A stretch of 64,000 bases of DNA, taken from positions 32,426,001 to 32,490,000 of the forward strand of contig OZ287756.1 of NCBI GenBank assembly GCA_965649765.1. The letters run 5' to 3'. The first letter of the stretch is position 1, and each line of letters begins with the position of its first letter. This DNA comes from Bispira polyomma (lineage: Eukaryota). Positions 22,968 to 35,948 of the stretch are shown in pieces. The notes beneath the pieces are model-generated. The model was not told the origin of the DNA and ran no database searches. It saw only the letters and a program-made list of their open reading frames with translations. A program made the position numbers and the translations under genes.

Positions 22968-25900
22968 CACCTGCCATGCGGTGTGTGTTACCTAACTTGT
23001 GTCAGTCTTAAGCATGTTGGGTTTAAGTTAGCTTAAAGCGAAAACACCGTTTTTATGTTGTTTATGTTAAGGTCACCTTAATGTGAGGCTGAAGTTTTAT
23101 ATTAAGGTGACCTAAAACGGAGGACTTTTTACTATGTAAACTAATACCAACTATGTACACTAACCTATACTTGTATGTGATGTATAAATAAAATTACCTA
23201 AAATGAACTAAAATACTAAAACAGATAAACATTCCTACTCTCATTTAGTAACTAAATATAGAAAGAACATACAATAGAAGCAGTCTTACAAAGACTGAGC
23301 CTTGAAAAAGGCTGTTTGCTCACTGGAGCTGGCCTCTAGGGTGGGAGTGGCACTTTTCAATGTACACACATCAAGAGTTAGTTCCAGAATGAGGGCCCAC
23401 AGCTTTCCCCACCTGCCATGCGGTGGGTGTCACCTAACTTAAGTCAGTCTTAAAGCATGTTCAGCTTAAGGTTGGCTTTAAGCCACAGCACCGTTTTTTA
23501 TGTTGTTCATGTTAATATCACCTAAATGTGAGGCTGAAGTGTTATGTTAAGGTGACCTAAAACTGAGGGCTTTCTACTATGTAAACTAATACTAACTATG
23601 TACAGTAACCTATACGTGTATGTAATGTATAAATAAAATTGCCCCCCCCTCCTTACAAAAAATAGTGGTTATGCTGTTTTAGGTGTAAGGTTTGTGTGGA
23701 AAGCAGAAGCCACTAAACTAGCTGTGTGTGGTGTTCTCACTAAATACAGCCAACAAATGTTGGATCGCCAATGCAACACCGATGAACTTTGATATGCTGC
23801 AGATCCACCTTGTGGTCGAATGCCCACCAGGCTGCAGAATGTCTGAGGGCATGAAACCCATATTTGGATGGTGTGAGGTTGATCCGAGTTATGGCTTTAG
23901 TCAGTGTTTTCCTTACTTGGTATGCCGTTACCACTACTGTATTGGCGTGATGGACATACTGGAATAAAGGAATTTTGTTAAGGAGGGTTCCTTTAGGTAG
24001 TATAACAGATAGACACAATATTTTTCAGAGTACTGACATTAATGACCTTCTTAAGTTTGACATGCAATGGTGCGACCAATAAGGCCTTCTGATAGTAGGC
24101 TATCCCGGGATCACTAAAAGCCTGTACTGGCACATTATGGATGATTGATTGAGCCTTAATGGCCGACAGGTAGTTAGCCATTTGAGCTGGTTTGACTGAG
24201 TTATAGTGTAGCAATTCTAGAAAAAAATCAGAGGTTAACCACTGTGACCTTGGCAAGGGGTTGGTCAATGAAGGCAGTAAAGTCCTAGTAAATATCTGGT
24301 ACATGGCATTATAAGCCTTGGTCATGGAGCTACAGAAGGCCAGAGGTAGCTTTTTGGCATTGGTGAACAGCAACCGCTGGACTGGGGTGACATCTGAAAT
24401 ACATTACACTACAGGGGATACTTTACTTTATATTTACTTGTAAGTAATCCTGGTTTACATGGCACCACAGAATGTGGCCTACCAGGTAATTGGGCATGAT
24501 TTTGAGGGATATATGACCAACGTGATAACAGGTCAGCCACCCTGTTATTTTCACCTAATAGGTGGATAACCTTAAGGTCAACATCGTGTTGACTTGCTAG
24601 CATGAAGATGGTGCAGGCATATAATGCTAGGACACTGTCTCTTGTTCTACCAGTGGTTAAAACACTGATCACTGCCTGGTTATCACATTTGATTTGTATT
24701 TTTTGGGCATGCCACATGGCCCCCCATAGCGGAAGAGCCACAAAAATGTTGAGCATTTCCAGAGAAGCAATATTTTGAGATTGTAGTTCAGTTGGTATAG
24801 CCAGGGTGTACTCTTGGTTGGCTTATATTCCTCCCATGCCCATTAAGCAGGCATCCAGTTCTACCATAGCTGTGGTGGGTTTGTGATAGAAGAAGGATAC
24901 CCCATTGCATTTTTCGAGAAATAACCATGGTAAATCCTTATACAATTCAGGACTTATGGTGAATGTTTTGCTATAAGTATTGCTTCTGATTTGTTGCAAC
25001 ATCCTGTTGGGGAAGAACCTGGCATACCTGACACATTTAGACTTATACAATAAGAAACCAAGGAGAGATTGGATCTCTGTTTTGGTACACCATTTTTTGT
25101 TAACCAATAGCTGGCATATAGTTTTAATGGATTTTAATTTGTCCTCAGGTATGGAGGTGCTGAAGTCCATGGTATCCACCACAATACCCAGGCATATAAC
25201 CCTGGTATGTGGAGGTACTAACTTCTTCTGGCTAAGGGTTAACCCTAATTCGGACAGCAAGGCCTGTAAACGTTCATATGTGTGGAATATTTTGCTGGGA
25301 ACTGAGCAACATAAGAGGTCATCAATGTAATTCAAGATTGTATGTCCTTCACCTTGCATGATGAACCTAATGGCATCTGAAAGTCTCTGAAAAATGGCAG
25401 ACCCATGTTTGTACCCAAAAGGCAAGGAGCCGTCTATGTAGTAGCCCTTCCAAAAGAGGCCCAGTAAATTTATATCCCCAGGGTCTATTGTGACGTGTCA
25501 GAAAGCCCTGCTTACATTTGCCTTAAACATAAGAGATCCCCTTTCCATTTGCAGTACTTGGTTGGTTATGGTATCTGTGGAGGGGTAAGTAAGTACGAAA
25601 ATTTTATTCAAATAAGCAGATTGGGAGACAGCAGAATTTACAGACTCACCCACAGGTCAGCTAAGGTCAATAATGACCCTTCTGTTATTCGAACTTGACT
25701 TATCTCTGGTCATAAAGGGAGATATATATAAGTCAGTAATAGGGGGTTTATCACAAGGGCCATATATGGCCCCCATTTCAATTTTTTCCTTGAGGTAGTG
25801 GTCCACATGGCTGGGGTACTGCTTAGCTGAAAGGTGGTTAATTTGGTCTGACTTGGCCTTACATTCCCTATTATAGTCAAGATGAAACCCAAATTTAATT

Positions 25901-26280
25901 AGCAGGGGGAGTTTCCAGTCCCAGTATTGTTTGAGATATGTCCCCCATACTTCATATGTTGTGACTTAACAAGTACTTGAAACTCTTTGTAGTTATGACG
26001 GTCATCTTGTCTGAGGTCTCTGTGGAGGTGGAAAATATCTGAGTATAAGTATTGGTCACTGGAGTGGTCAGCAATTTTTCCCCCATTTCACTAAGAGGAA
26101 TAAAACCGAATTTCAATTTGTTTTGACTGTCCCACAGTTTATAACTACTACAGTGAGGGGCATCACGAATGGGCTGTATTTTATTTCCCACACTGTATAA
26201 GTCTGAGGTATATTTGTCTGCATTACACCCACTGTGTACTAGAATCCCCGTTGGTGAGTTAATTGAACCTATCCCTATAT
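22968..26280 (-). mobile_element. YR retrotransposon E4 (RT/RH, YR, B1-A2-spacer-B2)
   Basis: RT LNYIDDLL, RH LDACLMGMG / CDNQAV / HLLGENNRVADLLSR, YR FHALRHSAA; ~230-bp direct repeats at 23411-23640 and 22968-23196. Confidence 0.9.
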
Positions 26281-26289
26281 GTTCTGTTG

Positions 26290-29200
26290 CAACTCACGTT
26301 TGAATTAAATGCTACTGAAGCACCAGATCTTCTAAAGTAGTGGAATGAATGTCCCTCATGGGGTATGTTTATGTGCGTGAGAATTTTTCTGGAAGCAATC
26401 TTGAGTTTGTGTCAGTGAGGCATTGACTTTTATTAAAAGGATAACTCAGTAGTGGAGTTCTGCCTGACATTGGAAATTTTTGAAATAATATTTTTGCTGC
26501 AGATACAGGACACAGCCAAGGATTGCTCAGAAAGGGAAGTTATATAATATCTGTGTGTGACCTGGTCTGGTGAATGCCAGGGTGAGAAAATAATATGTCA
26601 TCCCTGGTTATATGTCTGGTAGGGTCAAATGAGTTGCCTGAACTGGTGGTAAGATTTGAGATTCTCAAAAAGCAAAAATAGGCAAATTAGAAAGCTACCC
26701 AAAAAAGTTCTGGACAATGTAGGAATCTATATGCTTTTGAAATTTCTACCAGCTGATTGAGGTCGAAGACACCCTTGACCTTTAATGTAAAGTTTGATGA
26801 TAACTCTACTGACTTTTGGAATAGAGGTATTCTTTGGTCATATAAACGAGGTTTTAAGATATTTAAAGCTTTACAAGAGTGTCGAATAGCAGACAAATAG
26901 TTTTTTATCACTTTAACTGACTTTTGGAATAGAGGTATTCTTTGGTCATATAAATCAGGTTTTAAGATATTTAAAGCTTTACAAGAGTGTCGAATAGCAG
27001 ACAAATAGTTTTTTATCACTTTATCTGATAAGCCTGTTTGTAGTAGATATTCCATGAAGGTAATAATGGTAGAGAAACTGAAGGTGTCCTCAAGTTGATA
27101 GTATACTGTGAATGCTAGAAATAGTTGAAATTGGCTGTCGTACTGTTTGGTAGTCCTTGGTCTGTGGCACTGTCTAATCCTCTGAACTGCACTTCATAGC
27201 AGTGGTCTAGCTTTTTCTGTACTACCTGTAATCATATTAAAGTGTCCATTAGCTACATGTCTACTGTGACATCATACATTTCAAGATTTCTTACAATTAA
27301 GTCTTTTATCTCATGTCATTATGCTCTTGTTCAAACCATCTTGATAAACAGTGTGCAATGATATTGTCTTTTCCTGGGATGTGTTCTATCACCAAGTCTA
27401 TGCTGTGATTAGCACATAATAACCAGCTATTTTTTTAATATAAACTTAAGTAATTGTCTTTTGTTTTAAGCGACCGCACTACAGAAACCACCGCCATGTT
27501 ATCAGATTTATTTTATTCGTTTGTTTTTCAGTAATGTCCCCATAATTTTAATGCAATAAGGACACACACCATTTCAAAATGTACTATTCACAGTGAATCT
27601 GTTAAGAACATGAATAAAGCAGCTCTAAAAGCCTTAGTGCCCCACACACCACGTATACCAGAGAGACATGTCTCGCCATGAAAGAGTATATCATCTTGTC
27701 TATTCTCATGAGTATATTTTGTAGTCCCGTTAAATTCTTTCAGAAGCTTTAAGAACCATTTAAGATCTTTGTAAAATGCGACTGTCAAGTGTATTCAATT
27801 ATTGTACTGCTAGTTCCGAAGTAGAGCTAACATTCTGTTCATGAATGTACGTGATTGCTTGACGCATCTCTGAATGTACAAGAGTCTCCCTAAGAGCGAT
27901 TGGTACTTTTTTTCTGTACTTTTTGTAACATGGCAAAATTTACACAGATTTCATGTATTGAATTCAACTTGTCCTCGTCAATACTGAGAGTCTCGCGTTC
28001 TATATCAATGGTTATGCCCATGCATGTCACACGTTTGCTGGGTGGTACTAATTTATTGGCATTTATTGGAAGGCCTAGTTCTGTTACTATATTTTTCAAA
28101 GTTTCAAACGCTGAGGTGACCTTATCTTCCTTCTCAACGATTATGTAATCGTCTATGTAGTTGAAGACTTTGTAGCCTTTTTCACTTATAATATATGTGA
28201 TGGCATCTGATGCCATCATAAAGACAGAAGTGCCGTGGGTAAGGCCAAAAGTAAGACTTAAATCAATGAAATACTGGTCCTTCCAGAAAAAAAGATAACT
28301 TTAAGCAATCGAGGGGATCAACACATATATTCCTGAAAACCTATGCTATGTCCACCTTTGTTAAGGTTGCCTTACTTCCTAAGTACTTAATGTGTGTCGT
28401 GATCAATAGTGGGAAGTTTTAACTTTAAGTCGATGTCGTCATATTTTTTTATGGTACAGTCATTTACTGACCTACCCAGAGGGTGGGACAAACTTTAGAT
28501 TATTTTATGTTTGTTGTCTTCTTTTAGTCGAGATATTAAATGTGAACAATGTATGTCTCCGTGCAATGTACCTTCTATTGGTCCAATTATTGTACCTTTG
28601 CTAGTTTCTGTTCTAAAGTATTTGTCAACCCTTTTTGGATATGAGAAGTGGTTTTTAACATTTTTTCAACCAATCTGTTCCTTTCATACAATGAAATGGG
28701 ATATCCAAACTGGAGATAATCAGTTAGGTCCTTTTTGATAATTGCTAAGATATTTTTTCCAATTTTCAATTTTTAGGCCACTCTTTAATGGAATTCTGGT
28801 CATTTTGTCATTGGGTTGATTTGTTTCTTTTATTATTTCAGCTACTTCTATCAACTTCTCATACGAGTCAATATTTACTTCTTCTCTTTCAGGTCCCGTA
28901 AAAGTTCTATCAATATACTGTTCTTGTATAAAACCATATGTTCCGTCGTCCTTATGTGAACTCACCGTACTGTTAGTTGTGTCATTATTGTCCCATATAG
29001 AGTCAATATTCATAATGTTCTCAAGTATGTCAATGTTCTCACACTTGTCTGCTCTGTCATTTTGTCTGTTTGTATTTTTGTTATTATACACTTTGTTCAC
29101 ATTTTTCATTTAAATTTTGTTGCTACACTGTGTACTTTTTTATTTTCTCTCCTACAAGTGTCATCAATAATATTCAAATAATATTGTGTCATTTGTCTTT

Positions 29201-31400
29201 GTACGAGTATGTGTCACACTGTTTGTACAATGTCTTGTGTCTGTTGCTTTATATGTGTCATTCTTGCCATACTTGTGACTTGTGTGGTAACAATTTCAAT
29301 TGACATCGTAGTACAGAAAGTAATAGGTCATATTCGTGCCAATGGAAGGTTGGATTTGTGTAGTGTCACTTGACCATCTACATTAATCCAGTTGTATACT
29401 GCTGAAACACATGCATTACTTCTACATACAATGTAACATACTGGAACACTGTTAGATCTTTGTGCATATTCACTAGAATATACATCTACTGTCTCAACAT
29501 TGTTCTTTAAAATGTTCTGATTGTCATTGTTCTTAAAGTTGTCCACAGGCTTATTATACTGATCATTGTTACATAAAACGGTCACATTGTGACCCACATT
29601 CTTTTCATGTATAGTATTATTTGTACATAATACTATATTATCATTTACTCGTTCAGAGTCAGATAAACTGTTTTTTATTCTCACATAAATTATCAAAATT
29701 ATTCTTAATGTCACTCCCTCCAATTTTGTATATAAACTGTTTGCAATCTACTGAGATTTTATTGTCACAAGCAGTGCATCCGTCACATATGGCTGTGGGT
29801 GGTGTGAGCTGTGTTCTTGGTAGTTGTGTCTGTATGCGGTCCGTCTTCCTATTGGGTAGTGGTAGTATTGTTATCTGGCTTTCTATGTATTTTGAAGCAT
29901 TTCGCTTCCGGGTGTTGGTTCTGGCGTTTTGAAATCCGAAAGCAGTTGGGGCAGATATGTTTGAATGTTGTCATGTTCCCCTCATGATCACCCTTATGTT
30001 GACAGGCGTTCTTTTGGTAGTGGCGACACAGGATCTCAGACTTACTGTTAAGCGTGTTCGAGGACTTTTCTGTGTTAGACGAATTTGAAATCAGTGCTTG
30101 CGAATTGGACAAACGATTCATAGCCCATTTGTTTTCGTCGGTCCAGCATAACCTTCCTTCTTCTACATCATGCATGCTGCATGCATTCGCACCACGTGCT
30201 ATCTTCCAAGTAATATTTGCACTGTCCCTTAATGAGTCCCCTAACTGTTTTAACATGGCTGCTGCAATTACTTGATTTCTAGCCCGAAGAATGTTCTGGA
30301 TTTGTCCAGTCAATTCATCAAACGATATACTCTTTTTTGAAACACCTGACAAGTTTCTCTCATTTGGCTATCTCATTATAGGGTCAGAAATACAAACTTC
30401 AGATATATTGTACCGACCTGATTTTTTCTTGGTAGACTTATCCTGCTTGTACTCAGTTGTGGCCCAGTTGTCATATTGGGCAAGGCATCTGCTGATTTTA
30501 TTTTGGATCATCGATGACTGTAAACTGGTCTCGGAGGCGAGACTGTGCTGTATGATGCGTGTCTGCATGAAAATCTGGAACTGGCAGTTGAGATGTAATC
30601 TGAGGAGTATGCTGAGACTGTAATCGCGACTGTGAATTCTTCGTAGTGCCATTACTTAAGATTAAACCCTATTTCACTGAAGCTTCTGTGTTTCTATCGA
30701 CCTCAGTAATATTTTGAGTGGAATCGGTTGGGTGAGTGAGAACCTTACTGCCTTTTAACATGGACATATTTTCTTGAAGTTTCGACATTGTTTTTAAGAT
30801 GGTATACATCATAGATTGTTGTTCGTGGTAGGCATCACAGTGGAATGAATCAGTACTTACTGCTGTGGGGGTTGCTGTTGATGTGTCAATGTTGTTGCTT
30901 GGCTCAGAACATCCCAGTATATCGTGAAGTTCTTCTAATTCCAATTCACGTGTACACCTCTTTCCTTCAGGCTTGGGGTGAGATATTTCACAACGTGAAC
31001 ACTGTGCTAATGATGTCGCTTGATGTAGCTTGTCATTTCTTTCCCCTTCCTATTTTATATCAATGTTATAACACACAATCTGTAACGCCTAAAATCTAGT
31101 AATATAATTCCATGTAAATACTAAAAACTTGTAGAAACCTTTGTTATATTTCACCAGTTTTTATAAATTTTCCCAATATGGCATAGATTTTTAGCTGTTA
31201 TTTGGTCAGCTTCTGAAGTTTTAATGCCCACATAATAGAAAGGGCGCCAAAACGGTTGGCTGACTCAGCCTGCTTATTGGCTGTAGCTAAGCGTTAGCTA
31301 TGCATTCTGATAGGCCAAGCCCAGTAAACAACTTGTCTTGTAAGTTATACAGTAAAGTACTATATTTCAGTGACTGAGAAGCCATGCTTTTGCAATGATA
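26290..31400 (-). mobile_element. YR retrotransposon E5 (gag, pol, YR; 3' repeats lost)
   Basis: gag 29849-31050 (KSGRYN, CRHYQKNAC..HICPNC..HPEAKC), RT FNYIDDYI, YR HYFRRSGA near 26320-26345; in-frame 108-bp tandem duplication 26808-27023 in YR. Confidence 0.9.
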
Positions 31401-31689
31401 TACAAATGTACTAGCTGTGGGATGGGGGGAACGCCCCCTGTCATCTATTTGGTTGTATGTGCTGACAAGATCCTCAGACTCAGACGTATCAATTGCAATC
31501 CAAGATGGCCGAACATTACAGAAAGGCCCTTAAAAAATAGCTTCTAAAGATTTATCTTGGTGAATTAGCTTTCGGAATGCATTTAAAATGATTAAGTAGT
31601 CATTCCCCTTGAATAGCTGTGATTTTTAAACAAAGTTATAATTGTTTACTACTTTTATGAATTTTAGTTGCAACCCTATCCATTATTTT

Positions 31690-32760
31690 CGTTTCTACCT
31701 TAAATACTCTGTACCCAGGAAGCCGGAAATAGTAAAATCACTCCAAATTATGGTAAATTTGCAAGTTCCTTCTTGAAAAAATCTGCAAGTAACCCCCTGG
31801 TTTTTGACTTAAGATTGAGGTTTGCTTCCTTTAGAAGATCCCAAAGTACTGGGAGCTTTTGCGGCCGGGAGAATGTGTCGCTGGGCGTGGGCTCTGCAGA
31901 TTCTGTTTACCTTGTCCATGTCTGTCCATTTTAAGTGATCCAACTCCATATTAGTGAGTAGGATTGCATGGGATGCCTTCGCAGCGTCCCACGAGAAGTC
32001 GTAAGCATCATCCATTAGGTTGGATAGGTAGTCTAGCATCGCCTTGCGCATTTCAGTCAATTTCTGTTCCTGTACACACCGATAGAAGCCCGGCCGTGAA
32101 CTGTAGATCATCAAATGTAGGCCTAATTTTCTTATTGCCAGTCAAAACAAAGTTCTGTGGCCAATCTACACTCCTTTTGTTTGAATATCAGCCCCCCTCC
32201 CCTCTGCGATTTAAGTTTACCTGAGTTGGTCAATTGTTTAATTGCTGAAGTTGTAGCAATCTCTGGTCCACTTGAAGTTGAAGGGCCAAGTTCGATCGTA
32301 GGTAATCCAGCGTGGGTACAACGGGCTCTGGTTCACTTGTGCTACTAGGGTTAATTGGTGCACACAGTGCTGCCTTTGCGACGCAAACGCGCTCCTCCAT
32401 GCTGTTCATCTTCTGGTTAATTGCCTGGAGTTGTAGTAGGACCTGATTGGTTACTGAGGGGTCATCCGCAGCCACCACATGGTCAGTGAGGGTCAATTCT
32501 GATTCATCGTGTGCTGGCCTTTGTCTTTGAATGCAATTTTTCGCCCCTGGGTGCTCGTGAGCTCCTGCATATTTTTTACAGTTGTATTTCTTTCCTTTAT
32601 GCATGATGAGGTATATTGTTTGAATTTATGATTGTCCTTTCTTTATTTAGTAGGGTAGAAACACAAAAATCCCCAAACTTGTAAAAATACTCTATCCTCT
32701 TAACAAAATTTTCAATAATGGCACTGTTACAGGCGCCAATGCTTTATATAATTGCATCCA
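31690..32760 (-). pseudogene. Orphan gag and leader of a YR retrotransposon, probably the 5' part of E4 displaced by E5
   Basis: WPQNFVL..RPTFDDL, MDDAYDFSWDAAKASHA, CRFFQEGTC zinc finger. Assignment to E4 is inferred from strand and order. Confidence 0.75.
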
Positions 32761-33284
32761 TAACCCCTAGTGGTTTTATTTTTACCACGTTAGACTGGTA
32801 TCAGAACTGAGAGTGGTGCTGCTGCGGCATTACCCCACCATACTCCTCATCGGCCGATTATGTTGTTTCAAGCTGTTTCTACAATTTACCAACTTTTTAG
32901 CCATTGATACTAAACAAAGGTCGAAGAATGTGGAGGAAATGGCTTTGAACTGCCACCCCACCCCTCTGAATTTAGTCTGGTACTCCAGCATAGAGGCTGT
33001 TATCTAACATGGACAATTCAAAGAGAGTCATCCTGCCCTTATGTGATACTGATGACGAAGAGGATCAAATAAATAGACTATGCCATATGCCTGAATGCCC
33101 TGCTGACGTATTTAAATAATTTAGCATGCTAAATTATTGCGTGGTATCTGCCTGAAGACATTCCACTGAACAATAGATTTCTCTATCTTGTGAAATTAGT
33201 CATAACTGTTTGCTAGCATACTGGTTATTGTGCATATACCCTATTGTCAAAATAGAGTACAATCCTGGGGCGAATGTGCTAACT

Positions 33285-33448
33285 TGTTTTTTTTATTTGG
33301 ATATTTAACGTCCACTCTAGGCCCACAATAAGGAACTACCACCTTTCCCACATAGGCATCGACGAGATTCGAACTCACGCCTCCCAGAGGTGAGAAACCA
33401 GTGATTGTCAAGCGCAATGCTTGCTAACCATTAGGCCACCGCGGCCCC
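33285..33448 (-). mobile_element. Internally deleted S1 SINE with A-rich tail
   Basis: S1 head and 3' end with the middle missing; TSD cgaatgtgcta at 33271-33281 and 33449-33459. Confidence 0.88.
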
Positions 33449-33847
33449 CGAATGTGCTACCTGCACTGCATTAGTTAATGTGCATTATTATACAGTATTC
33501 TAGTTGTTTCAATTGGTATACTGCCATATTGCATAGTGGTATACTGCCATATAGCATAGTGGTATACTATACAGTATTATTTAAATCAGCCCAAATTCAG
33601 AAATATTTATAAACTGAGATGAAACAAAAGATCTGGATTGAAAACAGGTCTGTTTATTCAATTCTACTCATTTCTTAAACGTTTCTGTTATTGGACAAAT
33701 CAGTAGCCAATGATAAAAAAGGTGTTTTACACTGGAGTAAGGGAAATGCTTTTAAAGGCACTGTCCGGATCTTCACCTTTTGTCTTTTAGTCAGTTCACA
33801 CAACAAAATTCTAAATTCTTGTGGAACTTGCGGGGTTAGATCTAGGG

Positions 33848-33886
33848 GTGCAACTTCGAGGGATGCAACTTCGAGGGATGCAACTT
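33848..33886. repeat. 15-bp tandem repeat (GATGCAACTTCGAGG) x~2.6
   Basis: Seen directly. Confidence 0.85.
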
Positions 33887-34996
33887 GATAGAAACTAGCA
33901 CCAATATAATTTTGATTAATTTGTTGTTTCAGTTCAGAACACACACATATGTACACATAAGACATGTTAATATGGCCTTAAATCTCAATCTAAACTTAAC
34001 CTTAAACTTAAGGTGATCTCATTGTCAGGGTGTACTTAACTAATAAGTTAAGATTAACATAATGTCAGTTTACGAACGTTGTCAAATGTAAAGTTCACAT
34101 CACTTGAGAAGTAAAGGTAGTCGTAAACTGAAATGTAACTTAAAGTTTATAACCTTAAACTGAAGTTTTAGAAATATAGTAGTATGTAGTTTACATATGT
34201 AATGTATATAAAAATAAATTAGAACCTTCAAAGAAGATTTCTCATTGGGGGTATTGTGATTTGGGTGTGCTGGGGACTGAGGAACATCTGCAGCATTACT
34301 TTATATAGGTTTTATCTTTGTAGTATTTATCCATTTATCTTCATGTCTCTTTTATATTTACATGTCATTTCCCATCTCCAGAAAAAAAAGTTAAAAACTA
34401 ATAGAACATAATATGCAGTGTTTGATAGCTTATTGGCGCCAGCTCTTGAGGGCATTTAATTGTACAACTCTTAAAACTTTATATGCATTGAATAAGAGCT
34501 ATGTACACTGTGGTGCTTGACAGTTTTTTTTGTCCCCAGCCCTTCAGAACATTTTTTTGTTTTTGATTATCATTGTGAGGGAGTTTATTAAATATGTAAC
34601 ATATTCACATCCACAGGGACCAGCTTTTAACTAACCAATCAACCTTTGCATGTCCAAACACCTTTAAAGAACAGGATACACAAAAAACAATGGTTGACCA
34701 ATATTGGAACACAATGTCCATAGAGTGGCGAGCATGTAATAATACAATGTGTATCACACGTGGATCGACAGGACGATACACACACACAGAAAATGGAAAA
34801 TAGCCAGTTATGAGAAATCAATCAAAGCATGATGGCCATTGCCACCACTGAGCATGCGTAAACGTGCAGAAGACAAAAAAGGAAGGAGGGGGGATTAAGG
34901 TTGAGTATTACCATAAGTACTACAATAAACGACCGAAGTGTTGGTTTTAAAAATAAAAATATTTGTGAGGGATTATGCCATGTAAAATAATTTTAA

Positions 34997-35260
34997 GGAT
35001 ATATTTTATAGACGGTCATTTGTTACAATAGGGCCAACATAACAACAGATACCCAATTTTGTTTCTGAATGTCAAAAATACCCAAAAAAACTCAACAAGC
35101 ATTTACTCAATAAGATAAATAGTGTTACCACAGATAATCCTTTTATCTAGATATAAAATTCTTGTAAAGATATATTTTACAGACGGCCATTTGATACAAT
35201 GGGGTCCAACATCACAACACATACCGTATTTTGTTTTTTTATTGTAAAATACCCCCAAAA
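34997..35260. repeat. Diverged ~172-bp tandem dimer
   Basis: gatatatttta(t/c)agacgg(t/c)catttg..aacaacagatacc recurs at ~34998 and ~35169. Confidence 0.7.
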
Positions 35261-35948
35261 CAGTGAATACTAGTTTTATACCACTATGTCTTTTGATGCT
35301 TCTTCAAGGACTTGTTAAATAGATAACTATGGGCGCCTTTTTCAGAATTAAATCAACATCACACGGCGCCAAATAATGAATACTATCCATTTTGTGGTCT
35401 TATTAATAACATGCACGGTAGCTTTAATAAAGCCATGATATTTACGGATCTAGGGAGGTCATTGAAAATTAATTGATAACCTTTAGGGATTTATCATTGA
35501 TGTTAGTGAATGAATGAATAATTGGTTAATTATATTGGATTTAGTCAATGAGCATGTTGTACCACGTTTTTTTTTTGGTCATTACTTTGGGAATCGCCAG
35601 TAACTTCTTGTGGATTTCAGTGAACACAGCAATATAGATAGATATATGTGTACATATTTATTGACTTAAAGTCTTAGTTAAAAAAGTATTTCGTGTGTGT
35701 TTGTTTATCCTACATGAGGAAATACAGCTGTGGATGCTCACCCCACAAAATATCATTAGGAAGAAATAACGGATAAATATACATAAATCCAAAAACAATA
35801 TCTGGATACATGCAAAATATATCTACACATACGGGAAATTGGATGATTAAGAAACATGTATAGTTAGTTATACAGCCAACAAATATATATATGTGAGAAC
35901 ATAGGTTATAAAAAATACACATTTGAACAAAGAAAAAATTTCTTTAAA

